Below, piece by piece: positions 58,552-64,000 of a DNA stretch of 64,000 nucleotides. Position numbers and translations under genes: made by a program. Position 1 is the stretch's first letter. Every line of letters begins with the position of its first letter. The notes under the pieces were generated by a model, which worked only from the letters and a program-made list of their open reading frames with translations, had not been told where the DNA came from and did no database searches. Origin of the DNA: Candidatus Melainabacteria bacterium (lineage in GTDB: Bacteria; Cyanobacteriota; Vampirovibrionia; 2-02-FULL-35-15); assembly GCA_016201905.1 (NCBI GenBank), contig JACQBQ010000024.1, positions 52,919 through 116,918 on the forward strand, given 5' to 3'.

Positions 58552-58640
58552 ACGTCATTGCGAGGAGGTACGATGTACCGACGTGGCAATCTCTAAAACG
58601 TTATTGAGATTGCTTCGTCGCTAACGCTCCTCGCAATGAC
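58552..58640. mobile_element. Palindromic MITE-like repeat copy E abutting the 5' end of the aldehyde dehydrogenase gene
   Basis: ACGTCATTGCGAGG...CCTCGCAATGAC termini. Internal palindrome GTACGATGTACCGACGTGGCAATCTC.../...GAGATTGCTTCGTCG. Confidence 0.85.
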
Positions 58641-58716
58641 ATACTACACTATTGTAGAATATAAGCTTGTGCATTGGTAGTAAGTCATAATTTAATAATG
58701 AAAGCAGCTAATCAAC

Positions 58717-60072
58717 TTGATAGATAGATATACACGGCCAGAACTAGCTAAAATCTGGTCAGAAGAAAATAAATATGATGTTTGGCTTAAAGTAGAGCTT
58801 GCATGTACTGAGGCATTAGCTGAGCTAAATCAAGTACCAAAGGAAGCTCTAAGTAAGATAAAAGAAAAAGCAAAGTTTGATATAAAAAGGATTTATGAAA
58901 TAGATAAAGAAGTTCATCATGATGTAATAGCTTTTCTTACAGCACTCACTGAATCAATAGGACCTGAAGGAAGATTCTTACATCTGGGGATGACAAGTTC
59001 AGATCTTATTGATACATCAACAGCAATTCTTTTAAGACAGGCAGGTGAAAAAATTAATGAAGGACTTGAAAAATTTCTTCTCACATTGAAAAAGAAAGCC
59101 CTTGAACATAAAAACACAATTTGTATTGGAAGAACACATGGCGTTCATGCAGAACCAACGACATTTGGGCTAAAGGTGCTTGGTTTTTGGGATGAATTAA
59201 ATAGAGCAAAAACAAGATTTGAAGATGCAATAAATGAAATCAGTATAGGTATGTTTTCAGGTGCTGTCGGTACTTACTCAAATATTGATCCAAAAGCAGA
59301 AGAAATAGCAGCAAAGAAACTTGGCTTAAAACCAGCCCCTATTACTACACAGGTAATCAGCCGCGATAGACATGCGTGTTACTTAACTGAGCTTGCTTTA
59401 ATAGCCACTATAGTTGAAAAAATTGCTACTGAAATCAGGCACTTGCAAAGAACAGAAGTCCTTGAAGTGGAAGAACCATTTTATATAAATCAAAAAGGCA
59501 GCTCAGCAATGCCGCATAAAAGAAATCCGTGGCGATCTGAAAACCTCTGTGGCCTTTCAAGACTGGTTAGATCATATTCACTTAGTGCTATGGAAAACAT
59601 TCCACTCTGGCATGAAAGAGATATAAGTCACAGTTCTGTTGAAAGGGTCATTCTGCCTGACTCGACCACTATTGTAGACTTTATGCTAGATAGAATAAAT
59701 GAAATCATTTCTAACTTAAATGTTTATCCTGAGAATATGAAAGAAAATGTGTTTAAGTTTGGTGGTGTTGTTTTTTCACAAAATATTTTACTAAAGCTTG
59801 TTGATGCCAGGCTTGAAAGAGAAGCTGCATATAAAATTGTTCAAAGAATTTCCCATAGCGTGTGGAATAAAAAAGATGGTGACTTTAGGAAAAATCTTTT
59901 AAGCGATAAAGAAGTTTTAAAATACCTGTCTAGTAAAGAAATTGATGACTGCTTTAATCCAAGCAACTACCTTAAACATGTAGACACGGTATTTAAGAGG
60001 GTTTTAGGAAAAGAGAATGAGATAGAAAAACAAGAAGCAAGAAAAAAAGAAAAAACAGCCTTAACTTTTTAA
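58717..60072 (+). CDS. purB: Adenylosuccinate lyase
   Basis: 451 aa. The N terminus, MIDRYTRPELAKIWSEENKYDxWLKVE, and the fumarase/ASL signature SSAMPHKRNP. Confidence 0.93.
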   Translation: MIDRYTRPELAKIWSEENKYDVWLKVELACTEALAELNQVPKEALSKIKEKAKFDIKRIYEIDKEVHHDVIAFLTALTESIGPEGRFLHLGMTSSDLIDTSTAILLRQAGEKINEGLEKFLLTLKKKALEHKNTICIGRTHGVHAEPTTFGLKVLGFWDELNRAKTRFEDAINEISIGMFSGAVGTYSNIDPKAEEIAAKKLGLKPAPITTQVISRDRHACYLTELALIATIVEKIATEIRHLQRTEVLEVEEPFYINQKGSSAMPHKRNPWRSENLCGLSRLVRSYSLSAMENIPLWHERDISHSSVERVILPDSTTIVDFMLDRINEIISNLNVYPENMKENVFKFGGVVFSQNILLKLVDARLEREAAYKIVQRISHSVWNKKDGDFRKNLLSDKEVLKYLSSKEIDDCFNPSNYLKHVDTVFKRVLGKENEIEKQEARKKEKTALTF

Positions 60073-60128
60073 TTTGTATTTTATGGTATTCTCTTTTTAA
60101 GAGCTAATTAATAAATAAGGAAAAATGC

Positions 60129-60422
60129 ATGAGAGTTCAGCAGAATCTACGCTTAACTTCACAGATGCCACTTACTAAAGCTTTGACAAGGGAAGGCATA
60201 ATTAATGAAATTGCACAAATGCTCTCTGACTACTATGAAGATTGCAATCCAAAAGAGATACATGAGTATACAAGATTTTCACATGATTTAGGTGCAGATT
60301 CACTTGATGTAAATGATTTATCTCTTGTACTTGGAAATGAATATGGACTTGAAATTTCAGTTGATGAGATAGACGATAAAACAGTACGCCACTTAGTAAG
60401 CCATATTAGTGCAAATACTTAA
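60129..60422 (+). CDS. Acyl-carrier-protein-like (phosphopantetheine-binding) small protein
   Basis: 97 aa. LGADSLDVNDLSLVLGNEYGLEISVDEIDD matches the ACP helix II DSL motif with the attachment Ser. Confidence 0.6.
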   Translation: MRVQQNLRLTSQMPLTKALTREGIINEIAQMLSDYYEDCNPKEIHEYTRFSHDLGADSLDVNDLSLVLGNEYGLEISVDEIDDKTVRHLVSHISANT

Positions 60423-60451
60423 AAAGCAGCAATTTGCTATCATAATTACTT

Positions 60452-61978
60452 ATGCCAAATCAATCCCCTAAAGTTTTAGTTGTTAGTTTTGATGGTGGTG
60501 TCTGGTCAAATCTCATACCTCTTGCAAAAGCTGGCATTATGCCAAACCTAAAGATGCTTTTGGATGAAGGAGCGCATGCAAATCTTGAATCCACTATTCC
60601 ACCTGTAACTCCGCCAGCCTGGACAGCTTTTATGACAGGCTGTAATCCTGGGAAAAGCGGAGTATTTGATTTTTATCAGTACCAGGAAGGCTCTTATAAG
60701 CCACTTCTTACTACTAGTGAATCTATTCAGGTCCCTACTTTATGGAAAATCCTTTCAGATGGCGGAGTAAGAGTTGGTGTTATAGATGTTCCGATTAATT
60801 ATCCACCACCAGATGTAAATGGCTTTATTATTTCCGGATGGGAGCGCCCAAGCAATAAAAAAGTTTTTACTTATCCACCTGAGCTGGGTAATAAATTAAT
60901 AGAAAAACTTGGAGATTACCCAATATGCCTTAGAACTTTTGACAGACAAGGCACAAAGGACATTGATTTTCTAAATAACTTAATAGACATAACTACAAAA
61001 GTTGGTGATGCTGCTCTCTGGCTTTTAGAAACTGAAAAAACAGATTTTTTTATGGTTCACTTTCAGACTACAGACATTATTCAGCATAGTTTTTGGTCTC
61101 AGATTGCAACATTTGATTTTAAATCTTCTGATCCAACCATGGTTAAAATCTGGGAGTTTTACAGGCACTTAGATAAATATCTTGGAGAAATTAAAGATAG
61201 ATTAGGAAGTGAAGGTACATTTTTTCTTGTAAGTGATCATGGGTTTGGACCAGTTAAAAGACGCATGGCAGTTAATGTCTGGCTGAAGGACAATGGTTAC
61301 CTAAAATTGAAACAGGACATAGGTACACAGATTAGAACTACAGTAAAAAGCACTGCAATAAAAGTAGTTAATAAGGTTGATGCGCTAGCCAGATTAAAAA
61401 ATAGAATTAAAAGAAAAAGTGAAGAAGATTTAGATCAAAGAATAATAGTGCCTAGAGCTGCTCATGATCCGATTGACTATAAAGAAAGCAGAGCATTTAG
61501 TGGCATAGGTACAGTATATGGAACTATTCAGTTAAACCTTATTGGGCGTGAGGCTTCTGGCATTGTACCGGAGCGTGAAGCAGAAATGTTAAAAGCAGAA
61601 ATCATTCAAAAACTGAGCAATGTAAAAGATCCAATGTCCGGAGAACCATTTATCAAAGCTGTTTATAAAAAAGAAGAACTTTTTTCTGGATCTTCTGTAA
61701 GCAGGATTCCAGATTTAATCGTTATTCCACATACTAACTTTTATCTCTTTAGCGGTACGCAGGAAAAAGAATTGTTCCATGAAGCACATCCTCTTTCCTG
61801 TGGAAATCATGTCCCTGAAGGGATAGTTGCTATAAGCGGGAAATGGGCTAGTAAGTTTGACCTATCTTCCCCAATGATTACTGATATGGTTCCTTCAATT
61901 ATGGATATTTTTGGGTTAAATGTACCAGACTATATGGATGGGAAGAGCCTTTTATTAAGAGAAAAACTGTTAGCTTAA
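60452..61978 (+). CDS. Alkaline-phosphatase-superfamily protein (type I phosphodiesterase/nucleotide pyrophosphatase-like)
   Basis: 508 aa. N-terminal VLVVSFDGGVW...TIPPVTPPAWTAFMTGCNPGKSG(V)FDF and the later DHGFGP motif fit the PF01663-type metalloenzyme pattern. Confidence 0.7.
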   Translation: MPNQSPKVLVVSFDGGVWSNLIPLAKAGIMPNLKMLLDEGAHANLESTIPPVTPPAWTAFMTGCNPGKSGVFDFYQYQEGSYKPLLTTSESIQVPTLWKILSDGGVRVGVIDVPINYPPPDVNGFIISGWERPSNKKVFTYPPELGNKLIEKLGDYPICLRTFDRQGTKDIDFLNNLIDITTKVGDAALWLLETEKTDFFMVHFQTTDIIQHSFWSQIATFDFKSSDPTMVKIWEFYRHLDKYLGEIKDRLGSEGTFFLVSDHGFGPVKRRMAVNVWLKDNGYLKLKQDIGTQIRTTVKSTAIKVVNKVDALARLKNRIKRKSEEDLDQRIIVPRAAHDPIDYKESRAFSGIGTVYGTIQLNLIGREASGIVPEREAEMLKAEIIQKLSNVKDPMSGEPFIKAVYKKEELFSGSSVSRIPDLIVIPHTNFYLFSGTQEKELFHEAHPLSCGNHVPEGIVAISGKWASKFDLSSPMITDMVPSIMDIFGLNVPDYMDGKSLLLREKLLA

Positions 61979-62048
61979 AAAGATTTTATCAAACTTTTAT
62001 TTTAAATTAAGATTAAGCATTGACAAAGAAATGGTTAAGAGAATATAG

Positions 62049-62429
62049 TTGAATTATAAAGCGTCATGCAATGTTAAGAAATCCTCGAAGTTAAGGAATA
62101 AACAGATGAACCCATTTTTAAACCAGATAGCTTCTCCAGACACCATAGAACTCTTAGCAAAGTTTTTTGATGCTGCAAGCAAATCAGTAAAAAGAGTAAA
62201 TTATAATTCTGAAACTTTAGAAGCATTTGATTTAATCCAAGCAATTTCATGTTATAGATACTTTCCTTCTGTTGATGAGTGCATTGAAGCATTTCCAAGT
62301 TTAGATTCTGATCGAAATAAAGTTAAATATATCTGGGAACAGTTTGATAAATTAACACCAAAACAGCTAAGTGATATTTATATTTCCTCATTAAACAAAC
62401 TTACTTTTAATGAAGATCTTGTAGCTTAA
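62049..62429 (+). CDS. Hypothetical protein (start possibly at the internal Met, MNPFLNQ, near 62106)
   Basis: ORF with no motif. Confidence 0.35.
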   Translation: MNYKASCNVKKSSKLRNKQMNPFLNQIASPDTIELLAKFFDAASKSVKRVNYNSETLEAFDLIQAISCYRYFPSVDECIEAFPSLDSDRNKVKYIWEQFDKLTPKQLSDIYISSLNKLTFNEDLVA

Positions 62430-62557
62430 GATCAATTTTTTTATTTTGAGTTTTAGTTATTCTAGTTAATAGTTTTAACTTTGCGTTTTAGGCTTTAATA
62501 CGGTGTTATGCAGTAGTATGAAACACTTGTGAAATTAAGAACGTCTTATCTTTAATT

Positions 62558-63154
62558 ATGTCGAGCTTAAAGTATTCAAACCTGACACCAGAAAGAAAAA
62601 AGAAAATCGAACAATATCTAGTCAATATTTTTAAAGACGTTTATTATAACAATCCAAACATTTTAAAAGCTAAAAGTGAATCTGATTTAATCTCAGATAA
62701 AATTAGAAACTTTATTCTTAGCTTTGCAGAAAGTGGTCAAGTTGTCAATGAAGTAGATCTGCTTTTAAAAGCTAAAGAAAAAGGACAAGAACTTGTTGAG
62801 AGCCATGAGCTTGTTTTTTTTGATGAGCAAATAGATAAAACACTGAAGATGAGAGCGTTTTTAATTCCTGGCATGAAGGTTGAATTTACAGAAGAAAATG
62901 CTGCTGAAAAGGTTACAGAAGATGATTTGCAAACCATAGATCATGAACTGTGTATAAGCTTTAAAGTTGGGGACATAAATGAATTTACTAAACTTGGCAA
63001 TTTGCTTGATATAAGAGCAACCCTTGCTAAAGCCTTAAGCAGTAAAGCTAAAGAGCAAAAAGAAGTCATAGGTCTGATTAAAGAAAATAATACTTTTAAG
63101 ACTGCACTTGACTATGTTCTTGATTCTGCAAATAGGGTGTTAGATAAGGAATAG
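62558..63154 (+). CDS. Hypothetical protein
   Basis: 198-aa acidic ORF; no motif. Confidence 0.4.
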   Translation: MSSLKYSNLTPERKKKIEQYLVNIFKDVYYNNPNILKAKSESDLISDKIRNFILSFAESGQVVNEVDLLLKAKEKGQELVESHELVFFDEQIDKTLKMRAFLIPGMKVEFTEENAAEKVTEDDLQTIDHELCISFKVGDINEFTKLGNLLDIRATLAKALSSKAKEQKEVIGLIKENNTFKTALDYVLDSANRVLDKE

Positions 63155-63160
63155 CTAGAT

Positions 63161-63379
63161 CTATCGTCTTACTGGACATACTCCAGGAAGAGGTTCTTCA
63201 TTTGGTCCTGGTTCTATGACAGGCTCTTCTATAGGTTCAGGCTCAGGCTGCCTGACTGGACTTGGTGCAGGACTAGGAGTTTCAGGTTCAACTTCAGGCT
63301 CTGTTGTAGGCTCTGGTGGTGCAACAGGAGAGCTATGAATTGAGTATCTATTTAATGCCAATATATTTCTTATAATCAT
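63161..63379 (-). CDS. Pro/Glu-rich small ORF (PEPEP repeats); possibly the C-terminal tail of the upstream gene after a frameshift
   Basis: 72 aa. It starts 1 nt from the stop of the gene above it and has low complexity. Confidence 0.25.
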   Translation of the reverse strand: MIIRNILALNRYSIHSSPVAPPEPTTEPEVEPETPSPAPSPVRQPEPEPIEEPVIEPGPNEEPLPGVCPVRR

Positions 63380-63380
63380 T

Positions 63381-64000
63381 TTAATTTCCTAAATCTTCTC
63401 TGTTATAAAATCTAATATCTTTGCTTGAACTTGTAATGTGTGGCATTACATTATTAAACCACACCTTTGTTTCAAAGCTACCTGTTCCATCTGAATCTAA
63501 GGGTAACTGAATTACATTACCATCAATATTTAGCTTCATATCAAAAGTATCAAGAGTAATTTTTGAAGTAGGCTTTACTGAATATTTAAGTGCATCACAA
63601 ACAGTCCAAACAGGGAAAAATTTTGGGTCAGTTGCTCCTTTGTCTTTTGCCCTGTGCCATTTATAAGCTTCAATTAGCATTTTAATTGATCTAGTGTTTT
63701 GTCTTAAACTAGTTTCATCTTCTTGTCTTATAAGTTCCAATTCCTGTGGTTGTTCCTCATCTTCTTCCATATTGTTATTGCCGTTGTTGATTGCTTCTCC
63801 AATTGTAAAACCCTTATGCCATAAAGAAAGAGAAAGCCTAAATAGATCTAAAAGATTTTGATATCTGTGTGAAACGTTATAAACACCATCATGAGCTTGT
63901 CTAAGTGGGACAAATGCTTTTTCAAGTTCAGGCGTCATTTCAGTCATATATCTCCCAAGAATATGAGATTTGTGAATGTGTCCGTAAATGTCTTGAGTAT
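63381..64000 (-). CDS. Hypothetical protein, N terminus beyond the window end (the frame stays open to 64000 and contains DIYGHIHKSH)
   Basis: The track ORF of 188 aa plus the in-frame upstream extension ...TQDIYGHIHKSHILGRY. The GHxH-like segment is suggestive of a metallophosphatase but is not diagnostic. Confidence 0.4.
   Translation of the reverse strand, partial: TQDIYGHIHKSHILGRYMTEMTPELEKAFVPLRQAHDGVYNVSHRYQNLLDLFRLSLSLWHKGFTIGEAINNGNNNMEEDEEQPQELELIRQEDETSLRQNTRSIKMLIEAYKWHRAKDKGATDPKFFPVWTVCDALKYSVKPTSKITLDTFDMKLNIDGNVIQLPLDSDGTGSFETKVWFNNVMPHITSSSKDIRFYNREDLGN

Overview
The window is 64 kb of an AT-rich (roughly 33% GC) bacterial chromosome that uses Shine-Dalgarno sites and has Gram-negative envelope genes (GT9 heptosyltransferase, MurF). 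I could not assign a lineage from sequence alone. Ordinary housekeeping genes (metK, nadD, proA, ffh, aconitase, ruvB, hom, aspS, hisF, pgi, murF, dnaN, lpdA, pntA1-pntA2-pntB, xth, lexA, purB, HU, tRNA-Phe) are interspersed with hypothetical and secreted proteins.

The main novelty signals are:
- **Palindromic MITE family.** A roughly 90-115 bp repeat family with ends ACGTCATTGCGAG...CTCGCAATGACGT is present in 6 copies. Two copies sit in frame inside nadD and hisF, as Rickettsia palindromic elements do. One sits at the nadD start, one abuts the ALDH start, one is hom-aspS intergenic, and a half-copy disrupts a GIY-YIG nuclease remnant.
- **CCATGG-centred coding palindromes.** An identical 25-nt palindrome-containing segment (GTAAGGGCTTACCATGGTAAGCCCC) is embedded in the same frame in ffh and a nagB-like gene. 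A related imperfect palindrome sits in the aconitase gene.
- **tRNA-Phe duplication.** A 52-bp direct repeat of the tRNA 3' end lies about 140 bp downstream, followed by two hypothetical genes, one with an HExxH motif.
- **lexA neighbourhood.** A GTAC-N4-GTAC candidate operator lies upstream of lexA, next to an internally duplicated Cys-rich secreted peptide and two secreted thioredoxin-fold paralogs.
- **Other notable genes.** A SWIB/MDM2-domain protein, a secreted pentaheme c-type cytochrome, a pentapeptide-repeat protein, and a cluster of large hypothetical, metallophosphatase and 2OG-oxygenase proteins.

No CRISPR array, rRNA or intact transposase was seen.
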